Positions 24,096-37,284 of a stretch of DNA of 64,000 bases are shown here, one piece after another. Source of the stretch: Leucoraja ocellata (taxonomy: Eukaryota). Both the position numbers and the translations under genes were made by a program. How positions within the stretch are numbered: the stretch's first letter is position 1; the number at the start of each line of letters is the position of its first letter. The notes beneath the pieces were generated by a model, which saw only the letters and a program-made list of their open reading frames with translations, was not told where the DNA came from and did no database searches. The stretch is taken from the NCBI GenBank assembly GCA_036785375.1, contig JAWMAR010000419.1, forward strand, positions 620,001 to 684,000, in the 5' to 3' direction.

Positions 24096-26079
24096 CCCAT
24101 CCATGTACCTGTCTAAGTGTCTTTTAAATGCTGTTATAGTATCGAGTGAAAAGGTAGCCCCTTAAATTCCTAGTAAAGCTTTCTTCTCCTGCAGTAAACC
24201 TAAATCCTCTAATTCTTGATGCTACTTGATTCTTCTCTTGGTTTTGTAACTCCATAAGATCACCGTCAGCCTCCTAAGCTCTAAGGAATAAAGTTCTAGC
24301 CTGCCCAACTTCTTCTTATGGCTCAGTCCTGGCAACATCCTCATAAATCTTCTCTGCATTCTTTCCAGCCGAATGGCATCTTTTCTCTAGCAGTGTGACC
24401 AAAACTTCAAATGCAGCCTCACAAATATCTTGTACAACTGTAACATAATGTCCCAACATTCATATTCAATGATGAAGGCCAATGTACCAAAAACATTCTT
24501 TACCATCCTATCTACCTGTGACACCGCATTATCAGAATAAAATAATTTAATTTAACTGAAAGGTTATTACATTTTTGTTCAGAACAAACAATTCACAAAA
24601 AATGTGGTTTATATTTCACCACTCTGCTCTGCCTTCAATTGATTTAGATCATCAGTCCATGGCCTTCTGAAGTAGGCTACAATTATTAGATTTGTGTTAT
24701 TAACAAGCAAATGCCTGCCACTAATCTGAAAAACATCCATTTAATAATAATAATAATAAATTTTATTTATGGGCGCCTTTCAAGAGTCTCAAGGACACCT
24801 ATTTACCATATACTGCTTTCTGTTCTGCAGCAAAGTGTATCAATGCTGCCATGGCTAATGCTTGTTGCATTCCTTGGGCTCAGTTCTACCATTGCCAACA
24901 TTATAGGGTACGCTTTGAATTATTTGGGAATGTGTTTATACAAGGTATCAATTATACTACTTTAATACCCTTGATTATTTCACCGGAGAATTGAATCAAG
25001 CATGTCATACAATATTAGCCTCAATAAAAATCTGTAAGTTGTAATTAACTAATCCATGTTTTATTTTGAATGAAAAGTAGTTGTAGTCTCCAGAAATGTT
25101 CCCAAAACATCAGGTTTACACCTCTATAATTACTGGGTTTATTTCTCTGTCTTTTTAAAAACAGAATAACATTTTCAATCCTCCAGTCTTTTAGCAGTAT
25201 CCGCATTATCGACAGATTGAAAGACTGCACCCAAGAACCTCTTTTAAGTCTACCATTGTTTTTATTTCATGCAGTGCTACCCTTTTAAATAGTTCCTCTT
25301 TATTTATATCCTCTAAAGTTATTTGCCTGTTCTTTCCTTACTCTGACATTGATTTTATTTTCCTTTGTGAAGATTGATACAAAATAGTCATTCTTATTGG
25401 AGTTATCCGTAAGATTTCTCTTTTTTCCTTCTAATCATCCCCATATCCTTGCTACATTTGAAAAAGATTTTCTTGCTACTTCTGCATGCCTGAAATAATG
25501 GCATTGCCTGAATAAAAATCAAGTGCAAATACATACACTCTTTAGCTGAAGTAGAATTAGGCTGTGGGAATAAATGACATTTATTTTAAAGTTCCATTTT
25601 AAAGTTCATACAATAGGTTATTATTTTTACTTTGCATTTTTATTATACGGTCCAATAGCAATACTTGTAGCTGTTTGTAAAATAAGGTGACGCAGCTATT
25701 TCGCACACAAAGGCTCCCGTGCAGTGCAGGCCAAACACCCAGGAATTCCAAAACTGATGTTATGCAATACCCCAGTGCATGATAGTTTAATTACATCTCG
25801 ATAATGCTAAAGAGATCATGGGTAAGAATTTATAAAAGTTCATGTAAATAATACTGAAAGTTCTCAAATTTTTTAATGTTTTAAAAAATTGTATTTACCA
25901 GGAAAAACCTCAAATATATTAAAAAAGGATTATTTTAGCCTCTGAGAACACATAAATCTATAGACAAAATATGTAGATTCACATATCCAAATTATTTAAA
26001 AAGAGCATTTTAAATGCCAATATTTAAAAGGTAGAAAATATATCATATCAAAGTTACTCATTGATATTTATTTTTCTAA

Positions 26080-27690
26080 GATAGACACAACATGCTGGAG
26101 TAATTCAGCGGGTCAGGCAGCATCTCTGGAGAGAAGGAATGGGTGACGTTTCGGGTCGAGACCTTTCTTCAGACTGTTGGGACAAAGATAGAATGAAGTC
26201 GGGTGGGACAAAGATAGAATGTAGTCGGAGATAGAAAGACTAGTGGGAGAACTGTGAAGGGGGAGGGGATAGAGAGTGAAAGCAAGGGCTATCTGAAGTT
26301 AGAGGTCAATGTTCATTCCGCTGGAGTTTAAGCTACCCCAGCAAAATATGAGGTGATGTACCTCCAATTTGCACTGGGCCTCACTATGACAATGGAGGAG
26401 GCCCAGGACAGAAAGGTCAGATTGGAAATGGGAGGGGGAGTTGAAGTGCTGAGTCACCGGGAGTTCAGGTAAGTTAAGACGGACTGAGCAGAGGTGTTCA
26501 GCGAAACGATCGCCGAGCCTGTGCTTGGTCTCGCCGATGGAGAGAAGTTGACAACTGGAACAGCGGATGCAGTAGATGAGGTTAGAGGACAATAGACAAT
26601 AGACAATAGGTGCAGGAGTAGGCCATTCGGTCCTTCGAGCCAGCACCGCCATTCAACATGATCATGGCTGATCATCCCAAATCCGTACCCTGTTCCTGCC
26701 TTCTCCCCATATCCTCTGACTCCCTATCTAGCTCTCTCTTGAAAGTATCCAGGCCTTCACCATGTTCTGAGGCAGAGAATTCCACAGACTCACAACTCCC
26801 TGTGTGAAGAAGTGTTTCCTCGTCTCCGTTTTAAATGGCTTACTCCTTATTCTTAAACTGTGGCCCCTGGTTCTGGACTTCCCCAACATCGGGAACATGT
26901 TTCCTGCCTCTAGCGTGTCCAAACCCTTAATAATCTTATATGTTTCAATAATATATCCTCTCATCCTTCTAAACTCAAGAGTATACAACTCCAGCGCTCC
27001 ATTCTTTCAGCATATGACAGTCCCGCCCTCCCGGAAATTAACCTTGTAAACCTACGCTGCACTCCCTCAATAGCAAGAATGTCCTTCCTCAAATTAGGGG
27101 ATCAAAACTGCACACAATACTCAAGGTGTGGTCTCACTAGGGCCCTATACAACTGCAGAAGAACCTCTTTGCTCCTATACTCTACTCCTCTTGTTATGAA
27201 GGCCAACATGCCATTCGCTTTCATCACTGCCTGCTGTACCTGCATGCTTACTTTCAAGTGAACCTCTGCCTCACCTGGAAAGACTGTTTGGATCCTTGAA
27301 TGGGATCAAGGGGGAGGGTAAAGGGATAGGTGTTGCACCCCCTGCGGTTGCAGGGGAAAGTACCTGGGAAGGAGGTGGTTTGGGTGGGAATGAACGAGTT
27401 GACCAGGGAGTTTCGGAGAGAACGGTCTCTGCGGAGAGCAGAAAGGGGTGTTGATGGGAAGATGTGGCCAGTAGTGGGATCCCCTTGGAGGTGGTGAAGA
27501 ATGAGGACATGGCATAGAACACCTCATCCTGCGCACAGATGCGGCATAGACGGAGGAACTGGGAGTAGGGGATAGAGACTTTACAGGAAGCAGGGTGGGA
27601 AGAAGTGTAGTCAAGACAGCAATGGGAGTCAGTAGATTTGTAGAGGATGTCGGTCAATAGTCTGTTTCCTGTGATGGAAACAATGAGATC
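26080..27690 (-). mobile_element. Penelope-like element fragment (RT C-terminus and GIY-YIG) with nested CR1 at ~26588-27257
   Basis: TDILYKSTDSH..LDYTSSHP, NLIYCIRC..IGETK.RLGDRFAEHL, pLTR at 26080-26175. Confidence 0.88.
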
Positions 27691-28030
27691 TATTTATTTT
27701 TTCTGTCTGCTGATTATAGCAAACAGGGAATACTTAGTCCTCCTCTATCCCCTTTTCTCTCCCCTGCACTTGGTAGAGGTGAACCACCAGATGGCAAAGG
27801 ACCATAAACAGTTTTTTAAAGCAGCATAAAATCATTTAGTCTTTCAAATTTGCACACCTATGTATTTCATCTGCCTTATTACTGAACCAAAATCATAATT
27901 CATAACTATAGGAACACAAGGATCAAAAGAAGGAATGAAACAAGCAAGGCTAACGATTTAGGAATCAAATCAATTATCATAAAGGGCAATAAAGAGGAAA
28001 AGTAAGATTGTGTCAAGAGAAAAATAAATA

Positions 28031-28768
28031 CAATAAACCATCGTTATAACGGACCAAAGGGGAGAAGAAGTTGTCCGTTTTTGACAATTGTCCATATAAC
28101 CGAGTAATTGTGTAACTAGCAGAAACAAACAACTACAGTATGTAGGAAAGAACTGCAGATGCTGGTTTAAATCGAAGATATAGACATAAAATGCTGGAGT
28201 AACTCAGCGGGGCAGGTAGCATCTCTGGAGAGAAGGAATCGGGTCGAGACCCTTCTTCAGACCGATCAAACAACTACAGTTCCTGGTTAATACAAAAAAG
28301 GGCACAAAGTGCTGGAGTATATCAGCGAGTCAGGCAGTATCTCTGGAGAACAAGGCGTCTCCCGTCTTGGGTCCAGGCACTTCTTCAGACTCTTGGTCTG
28401 GAACTGGACCTGGAATTCAGGTGAGTTGATGGCCGGGAGAGAGGCAAGGATCCACGCAGTCATTGGTGGCGGCCGGAATGCAGCTAAGGGGCAGCAGTGG
28501 CAGTGATGGTGGTAATGCTGGTGGCGGCGGTGGTGGAGGTAGTGGTGATGGGTGTGGCGACTGCAGCAGTGATGGTAGTGGCGTAGGTGATGGTGCTAGC
28601 GCAGAGGTAGTGGTGGAAACTGCAGTGGTAGCCATAGCGGCTATGGTGGCAGGATTGGCTGGAGTAGTGGCAAAGGTCGGAAGCTCTGCCTGGCAGTGAA
28701 CGTCGGAAGGTCAGTCCGCTATGACCGAAATCCGTTAAAAAGAGGTCCTTAAAAATGAGGATTTACTG
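28031..28768. mobile_element. Tigger/pogo-like MITE with nested pLTR repeats
   Basis: TA|CAATAAACCATCGTTATAACGGACC ... GGTCCTTAAAAATGAGGATTTACTG|TA imperfect TIRs with TA flanks. Confidence 0.6.
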
Positions 28769-28849
28769 TAGTTTAAATACCATTTTCACTAAATTGGCCT
28801 ATAAAGTGACGGTATAGCAAGAAATAATATTTGTTTACAACAGGATGCA

Positions 28850-29480
28850 TGAATGACTGAAGGTGAAGATTCAGGTGGACGATTTGGTGAAGTAGGCATT
28901 TGCCATACTTGCCTTCATTGAGAAGGGTATTATGTACAAAAGTTGAAACATCATGATGCAGCTGTACAAGCTGTTGGTGAGAATATTGTGTTCTGATCGC
29001 TCAGCATAGAAAGGATGTCATTAATTTGGAAACGGTGCAGAAGAAATTCACCAGGATGTTACCTGTACTTAAGTTATAGTGAGAGGTGGATAGGCCATGG
29101 CTTTTTTTCTTTTGGAGCATAGGAGGCTGAGAGATGACTTTATTGAGGTGTATAAGATCACGAAGTGCACCAATAAAGTGAATGCTTACACTCTTTCCCA
29201 GTAGAGGATTCTAAAATTCATGTGTATACACTTAAGCTGAGAAGACGGCGATTTAAGAGGGGACCCGGGGACACCTTTTGCACTCAGAGGGTCGTCCTTA
29301 TCTGGAATGAACTGCCAGGGGAAGCTATAGATGCAGATACAATTACAACTTTCAAAAAAAAATTAGAACAGATACATGGATAGGAAGGATTTCGAGGTTT
29401 ATGGATCAAGTGTAGGCAAATGGGACTAGCCAAGTTGGCTGGCATGTACAAGGTGAGCAAAAAGGCATGTTTATGTCCTG
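28850..29480 (+). mobile_element. Old CR1 3' fragment
   Basis: Degenerate LAFI..G, VQKKFTRMLP, RRLRDDFIEVYKI. Confidence 0.75.
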
Positions 29481-30580
29481 TATAGCTGAGTGACTCTTCC
29501 TTTAGCTGGGTGACCGGAACTACACACAGTACTCCTCACGAGCTCTCACCAATGTGTTTTACAGCTGTATAATAATTTCCCAACTTTTGTACTCAATACC
29601 ATTCCCAATAATGGCATACATGGCAAATGCTTTCTTCACTATTCTGTCCATTAGACCTTATCACTTTCAGGGAACCTAAAGGAGTTGTAAAGGCTATCAA
29701 ACTTTACAACTCCTTCCCCTTCTATCGGGGAGGGGGTGGGGGGTAGACTAAGGCCTACTCTCCTCCCCCCCCCCCTCCCCCCTCCCCAATCTTTGCACAT
29801 CCCCCAAGCCTTTCCACTCGTCACTTTAATTTCATGTTTCATGTATTTTGTGTATTTATGACTGTTGGCAGATCGGTTCATCTACTGGGATAAATAAAGT
29901 TCTATCGTATCGTACCATGTACCGAAAGGATGATAGACTCATTGAGCTATACAGAATGGAATTAGCCCCTTCGGCTCATCTTGTCCATGCCGACCAAGTT
30001 GACATACTGGGCTTGTCCCATTTGCCTGCTCCCAGCTCCAATCTACTATACTTTCCAGGGCTCTACCATTTAACTGTGCAACTCCTGATCTGGTTTGACA
30101 TATCAAAGTGTAATATCTCTCACTTCTCAGTGTTAAATTCAACGTGCCATTCCTTGGCACAACCTTCCCAACTGATCCAGATCATGTTGCAGAGAAAAAT
30201 GTCTGTACGATTTTCATAGTCAAGCAACTGACGTTTGATACTTGTCAAAAGTTACGTTGTTTATGTTCTTATTTTTAATGCAAGCGTCGGGATGGAGACA
30301 TTGGATTTTTTTTTAATGAACAATTTCCGTGAATGTCACGTTGATACCATTCTGGGAGAATGAGTGCAGGCATAAAATGAGAATGTCCTGCTTATAGGCG
30401 ACTTCAGGGAGAATATGTACTTGCTCCTTATTGTTTCCAAATGCAGAGTTTCAGAGGATTAGCACGAAACTCTGAAGCCACCAGGGAACCATCAGTGACA
30501 CAAAGTGCTGGAGTAACTCTGGCGCTTTGTGTCGTCCCTTGAAAGGCCAGTAAACCTTGCGGGCCCTGGCATTGACTTAC

Positions 30581-30696
30581 GCGTCCAGTCTTATCTTTTT
30601 CAGAGCCACCATCTCTCCCGTCACTTTATTCATAGCCTTGTAGACCACACCGTAGGTGCCCTCTCCGATCTTCTCCACCTTCTGGAAGTTGTCCAT
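30581..30696 (-). CDS. CDK2/CDK3-type kinase, coding exon 1
   Basis: 116 bp from Kozak [51 protein letters not shown] donor; exon sizes 116/78/121/171/102 match the vertebrate CDK2/3 structure. Confidence 0.96.
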
Positions 30697-31060
30697 GGCG
30701 TCCTCCCGCCCCTGTTGACAGCCGCGCCGCGCGCCCCGCCCCGCCCCGCCCCCCGCATCCCCTCAATTCCCCCGCGCGCCTCCCCTCCCCACCCACCCCC
30801 CCTCCCTCCCGCGCACGCGTCCAACCGTCCTCTCCCCCCGGCGCGCAACCCACCCACCCCAGCGCGCGCCTAACTCTCCGCGCGTCCCCGCTCAACCTCC
30901 CGCGCGCCCAACCGTCGTCTCACCGCGCGCCCACCCCCTCGCGTTCCCTCAACCCCCCGCGCGCCTTCAACCCCCCCCCCCCCCCCCCCTCACGTCCCCA
31001 ACCCCCTCCCCGCGCACGCGTCCAACCATCCTCCTCCCCCGCGCGCCCATCTGTCCCTGT
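30697..31060 (-). promoter_or_regulatory. CpG island / GC-box promoter of the CDK gene
   Basis: Dense CpG, repeated CCCGCGCGCC and CCCCGCCCC immediately upstream of the ATG. Confidence 0.75.
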
Positions 31061-31234
31061 GCTTCCCCCCCCCCCCCTCCTTCCATCAATCTGTCTACAT
31101 ACTTGGAAATAGTTTACTTTTGGAGATACAGCGTGGAAGATACAAAGCCCTATCCAAGATTCACTTGTTCTACGTCCTGTACACTAGGGGCCGATTCATC
31201 CACAAATCCGCACATCTTTGGACTATGGTTATAA

Positions 31235-31845
31235 GTGATGGCAGAATTAGGCCATTCGGCCCATCAAGTCTACTCCACCATTCAATCATGGCTGATCTAT
31301 CTCTTCCTCCTAACCCCATTCTCCTGCCTTCTCCCCATAACCTCTGACACTGGCACTCATCAAGAATCTCTGCCTTAAAAATATCCATTGACTTGGCCTC
31401 CACAGCCTTCTGTGGCAAAGAATTCCACAGATTCACCACCCTCTGACTATTCCTCCTCATCTCCTTCCTAAAGGAAGGTCCTTTATTTCTGAGGCTGTGA
31501 CCTCTAGTCCTAGACTTTCCCACTAATGGAAAGGGATTGAAGAAGGGTCTCGAAGGGCCCATTCCTTCTCTCCTGAGATGCTACCTGTCCCGCTGAGTTA
31601 CTCCAGCTTTGTGTCTATCTTCCGTGGAAACGTCTTCACCACATCCACTCTATCCAAGCCTTTCACTATTCTGTTTGTTTCAATGAAGTCCTCTCTCAGC
31701 CTTCTAAACTCCAGCTAGTACAGGCCCAGTGCCATCAAACGCTCATCATATGTTAACCCACTCGTTCCCGGAATCATTCTTGTAAACCTCCTCTGGACCC
31801 TCTCCAGAGCCAGCACATCCTCAGATAGGGTGCCCAAACTGGCTC
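31235..31845 (-). mobile_element. CR1 3' fragment with nested pLTR repeat (~31535-31622)
   Basis: FPLVGKSRTRGHSLR..RVVNLWNSLPQ and CR1 3' UTR. Confidence 0.8.
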
Positions 31846-31914
31846 ACAATATGGGAGGAATCCAGAGCACCCAGAGAAAATCCACACTGTTTGAAACCGC
31901 TAATTGGCAGCTTA

Positions 31915-33059
31915 CCGACCGACATACACTATAAACCCACTGACTCCCATGGCTATCTGGACTACACTTCTTCCCACCCTGCTTCCTGTAAGGACTCCAT
32001 CCCCTACTCCCAATTCCTCCGTCTACGCCGCATCTGCTCCACGGATGAGGCGTTCCACACCAGGACATCTGAAATGTCCTCACTATTCAGGGAACGGGGG
32101 TTCCCCTCCTCCACCATAAATGAGGCTCGCACCAGGGTCTCTTCCATACCCCGCAACACTGCTCTCTCTCCCCATCCCCGCACTCGCAACAAGGGCCGAG
32201 TCCCCCTAGTCCTCACCTTTCACCCCACCAGCCGTCACATACAAAAAGTAATCCTCCGTCAGTTTCGCCACCTCCAACGTGACCCCACCACTCGCCACAT
32301 CTTCCCATCTCCCCCCATATCTGCCTTCCGCAAAGACCGCTCCCTCCATAACTCCCTTGTCAATTCTTCCCTTCCCTCTCGGTCCACCCCCTCCCCGGGC
32401 ACTTTCCCTTGCAACCGCAAGAGATGCAACACTTGTCCCTTTACCTCCCCCCTCGACTCCGTTCAAGGACCCAAGCAATCGTTCCAGGTGCGACAGAGGT
32501 TTACCTGCATCTCTTCCAACCTCATCTATTGCGTCCGCTGCTCTAGATGTCAGCAGATCTATATCGGTGAGACCAAGCGGAGGTTGGGCGATCGTTTCGC
32601 CGAACACCTCCGCTCGGTCCGCAATAACCAAGCTGACTTCCCGGTGGCTCAGCACTTCAACTCCCCCTCCCACTCCGTCTCCGACCTCTCTGTCCTGGGT
32701 CTCCTCCATGGCCACAGCGAGCAGCACCGGAAATTGGAGGAACAGCACCTCATATTCCGTTTGGGGAGTCTGCACCCCGGGGGTATGAACATCGAATTCT
32801 CCCAATTTTGTTAGTCCTTGCTGTCTCCTACCCTCCCTCAGCCCCCCTGCTGTCTCCTCCCATCCCCCAGCCTTCGGGCTACTCCTCCTTTTCCCTTTCT
32901 TGTCCCCACCCACCCCCGCCCCCGATCAGTCTGAAGAAGGGTTTCGGCCCGAGACGTTGCCTATTTCCTTCGCTCCATAGATGCTGCTGCACCCGCTGAG
33001 TTTCTCCAGCTTTTTTGTGTAACCTTCGATTCTCCAGCATCTGCAGTTCCCTCTTAAAC
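31915..33059 (+). mobile_element. Young 5'-truncated Penelope-like element (RT thumb and GIY-YIG endonuclease, ORF open to 32814) with pLTR
   Basis: Uninterrupted ~300 aa frame with CNRKRCNTC, NLIYCVRC..YIGETKRRL; 13-bp TSD AATTGGCAGCTTA at 31902-31914 and 33060-33072. Confidence 0.95.
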
Positions 33060-34525
33060 AATTGGCAGCTTAGATCTCTCCACTACTTCTAACCGTGATT
33101 CTAACTAGCAATGCATTATTTACAGTAACAGCAATAAGATTTTGATTTGTAAAATATTGAAACCTTTGTCGAGTCACTCTTGATATTTGGTCAACTGGTA
33201 CAGAAAGGAGAGGGACAATGGCTGGTGGAGGATTCTCACTGCCAGTTTGCTCCTGGGCCTGGCCGCAATAGCCGTTGAAAGGAAGATAGACACAAAATGC
33301 TGGAGTAACTCAGTGGGACAGGCAGCATCTCTGGAGAGAAGGAATGGGTGACGTTTTTCGGTTTGAGACCCTTCTTCAAGGGTCCAGGCAGCGAGCATTC
33401 GAGTGGCCTGCCTGAATCAACTGCGTGTCCGAGAGGCAGTTTGTGAACACGGGTCACGACAGGGTCCAGTTCATCATGCTTACCGATTATACTGTTGTGA
33501 TTTGACAATTGCTTGATTGATGTTTGTAAACTGCTATTTGGCTGTATTGATCATTCCAGTACTTGTAATGTGATTATGAAGAACATACTAAGTCAGTATA
33601 GGGACACCCGTACTCAAGATCGAACCCGGGTCTCCAGCAATGTAAGGCAGCAACTCTACTGCTGCACCATTATTCCTCCCTTGGTTAAATTTAAATGTTA
33701 ACTAAAAATCATCGGACACCCAAACTATCCCAATTCCATCGAGTCTCATGTATGAACTCCGTTCTTACAGATTCTCCTCATATCTACTCAATAATTAAAA
33801 ATAAATTGTCCAAGGGAAAAAAAACTAATCATCATTTTGTTCCCTTTTCCTCTTTTTTCCTGTTATTAGAATGATGATATAAATTTAAGTTTTGGGATGA
33901 AAAAACTTCTAATCATACAGTATTATGATGTTTGGAAACGCAATCATGGATAACGGCAGCATGAACCATAACAAAATATGGAATTATATTCAAATTCATT
34001 TGGATCCGTATCTGCACAACATTGCATGCGGCTACCACCAGATGGCTGTGAAATGCATTCTAATTAGGCATTCACACATGCAGGACTTTGCTCTAAATTT
34101 AAACATTCAATATCAATATTTTATCCCAAACACCCTCACAAATTTTTACTTTAAAGTTGAAGTGCACAAGTTGTTTGGTGCAGAATAATTTAGAAAAGTT
34201 TCTTGACTAATTTAAAGATACAACTTTTTTTTTCTACATGGAGCTCTTTGGCAATTTACAAGCCAAATGACAGTGGAACAAATCAGAAAACAATATTTGT
34301 ACCAAGACTGTAACTGCAAATGTTCTGTCAATATTTGTTTTCACAATTATTCAGATCAGCTTTATACATTTTAATAGTCCACTCTATTCCAGTCTACAAG
34401 ATAAAATATTAAGCCAAATCTATTTAAGAAGGAACTGCAGATGCTGGAAAAAAAGCTAGAGAAAATGCTAGAGAAACTCAGCGGGTGAGGCAGCATCTAC
34501 GGAGCGAAGGAATACGTGACGTTTC

Positions 34526-35850
34526 AATAGACAATAAACAATAGATGCAGAAGTAGGCCATTCGGCACTTCGAGCCAGCACCGCCATTCAATGTGATCAT
34601 GGCTGATTATCTCCAATCAGTACCCCGTTTTTGCCTTCTCCCCATATCCCCCGACTGCTATTTTTAAGAGCCCTATCTAGCTCTCCCTTGAAAGCATCCA
34701 GAGAACCTGCCTCCACTGCCCTCTGAGGCAGTGAATTCCACACTCACCACTCTGTGAGAAAAAGTGTTTCCTCGTCTCCATTCTAAATGGCTTACTCCTT
34801 ATTCTTAAACTGTGGCCCCTGGTTCTGGACTCCCCCAACATCAGGAGCATGTTTCCTGCCTCTAGCGAGTCCAAACCCTAAACAATCTTATATGTTTCAA
34901 GTTCAAGTTCAAGTGAGTTTATTGTCATGTGTCCCTGATAGGACAATGAAATTCTTGCTTTGCTTAGCACACAGAACATAGTTGGCATTTACTACAAAAC
35001 AGATCAGTGTGTCCATATACCACAATATAAATATATACACACTTAAACAAATAAACTGATGAAGTGCAAATAGCAGATAATGGACCACCAATAATCAGAG
35101 TTTTGTCCGAGCCAGGTTTAATAGCCTGATGGCTGTGGGGGAGTAGCTATTCCTGAACCTGGTTGTTCAATGAGATATCCTCTCATCCTTTTAAACTCCA
35201 GAGTGTACAAGCCCAGCTGCTCCATTCTCTCAGCATATGACAGTCCCGCCATCCCGGGAATTACCCTTGTAAACCTACGCTGCACTCCCTCAATAGCAAG
35301 AATGTCCTTCCTCAAATCCAGGTGTGGTCTCTAGGGCTCTGTACAACTGCCGAAGGACCTCTTTGCTCCTATATTCGATTCCTCTTGTTATAAAGGCCAA
35401 CATGCCATTCATTTTCTTCTCTTCCTGCTGTACCTGCATGCTTACTTTCATAGACTGATGTACAAGGACCCCCGGAATCTGTTGAACTTCCCCTTTTCCC
35501 AACTTGACGCCATTTAGATAGTAATCTGCCTTCCTGTTTTTGCTACCAAAGTGGATAACCTCACATTTATCCGCATTAAACTGCATCTGCCATGCATCTG
35601 CCCACTCCCCCAACCTGTCCAAGTCACCCTGCATTCTCATAGCATCCTCCTCACAGTTCACACTGCCACCCAGTTTTGTGTCATCTGCAAATTTGCTAAT
35701 GTTACTTTGAATCCCTTGTATATTGTAAATAGCTGCGGTCCCAGCACCGAGCCTTGCGGTACCCCACCAGTTACTGCCTGCCATTTGGAAAGGGACCCGT
35801 TAATTCCTACTCTTTATTTCCCGTCTGCCAACCACTTCTCTATCCATGTC
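34526..35850 (-). mobile_element. CR1 fragment with a nested LINE-tail insertion (~34898-35168)
   Basis: KFADDTKLGG..MQGDLDRL, TRGHSLR; the insert has a (TTGAAC)n tail and TTCAA on both sides. Confidence 0.85.
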
Positions 35851-35942
35851 AGATTGTAGGGTTGTGGTAATATGCAGGGATCGCTGGAAGGTGTGGACCA
35901 GGTGGGCCGAAGGGCATGTTTCCGCCTTGTATCTCTAAACTA

Positions 35943-36859
35943 CAGTGCCCAAACATAATGTTTGGGACAAAGACCCCTCATTTATTTACTTGCCTCTGTT
36001 CTCCACAATTTGAGATTTGTAATAGAAATAAATCAAGTGTGGTTAAAATGCACATTGTCAGATTTTATTAAAGGGTATTTTTATACATTGTTGTTTCACC
36101 CTGTAAAAATTACAGCTGTGTTTATACATAATTCCCCCCATCTCCCCTCAAATTTCAGGGCACCATAATGTTTGGGGCACATGGCTTCATAGGTGTTTGT
36201 AATAGCTCGGGTGTGTTTAAATGCCTCCTTAATGCAGGTATATGAGAGCGCTCGGCAGTAGCATAATGAATTCTGAAGTGTATAGACACATCCTATCTGC
36301 TCAAGTTCAAACAAATGCCTCAAAACACATTGGCCGACGGATCATTCTACAGCAAGACATTGATCTCAAACATACTGCTAAAGCAACAAAGGAGTTCTTC
36401 CAAAGCTAATAAATGATAAATTCTTGAGCGGCCAAGTCAATCACCCGATCTGAACCCAATTGAGCATGCCTTTTATATGCCGAAGAGAAAACTGAAAGGG
36501 ACTAGCCCCCAAAACAAGCATAAGCTAAAGATGACTGCAATACAGGCCTGGCAGAACATCACTCGAGACGACACCCAGCAACTGGTGATGTTCATGAATC
36601 GCAGACTTCAAGCAGTCATTGAATGCAAAGGATATGCAACAAAATACCAAACATGACTACTTTCATTAACATGACATTGCTGTATCCCAAACATTATGGT
36701 GCCCTGAAATGGGGGGGGGGGGGGGGGGGGGCGGGACTATGTATAAACACTGCTATAATTTCTACATAGTGAAACCAAAATTTATAAAATTACCGTTTAT
36801 TAAAATCTGACAATGTGCACTTTAACCACATGTGACTTTTTTTTCCTATTACAATCTCC
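35943..36859 (+). mobile_element. Tc1-like DNA transposon (IR/DR type), internally deleted, right tip missing
   Basis: TA|CAGTGCC start; long inverted repeats ~36010-36180 vs ~36680-36859; transposase remnant QQD.D.KHTAKATKE, PSQSPDLNPIEH. Confidence 0.88.
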
Positions 36860-37284
36860 ATATCAAAGGGATCTACAGGTTCCTCAAAAAGGTAGCCAGC
36901 ATCAGAAACTCTCACCACACTCTCATTTTCACTCCTGCAATGGAGCTGGAAAACTAACGTCCAGGTTCAGAAACAGCTTCTTCCCAACAACCATCAGGCT
37001 ATTAAATACTACAACCTCCAACTAAGCTCCCAACTACGTAGGCATGGGGGCATTATTTTTGTCTTTGCACTACTATTGTTTTTTTTAAATATACTGAACT
37101 TTTTTTGATTGTATATTATGGTGTTTGCAGAGTACCTTATTCACATATATGTTGTGCTACTGCAAGAAAGAATTGTTCTCTTTTGGGACATATGACAATA
37201 AAACACTCAACTCCTGCACTCATTTTAAATGTCTAAAACAGATTAAGCTTGAAGGCAGTAATTTAGCATTGTTCCATTTACCAA

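Noticed and set aside
28417-28699. Gly-rich / Pro-rich ORFs
   Set aside because: Degenerate GGT/GGC microsatellite inside a MITE
30529-30895. Antisense and alternative-frame ORFs at the CDK start
   Set aside because: Shadows of CDK exon 1 and its CpG island
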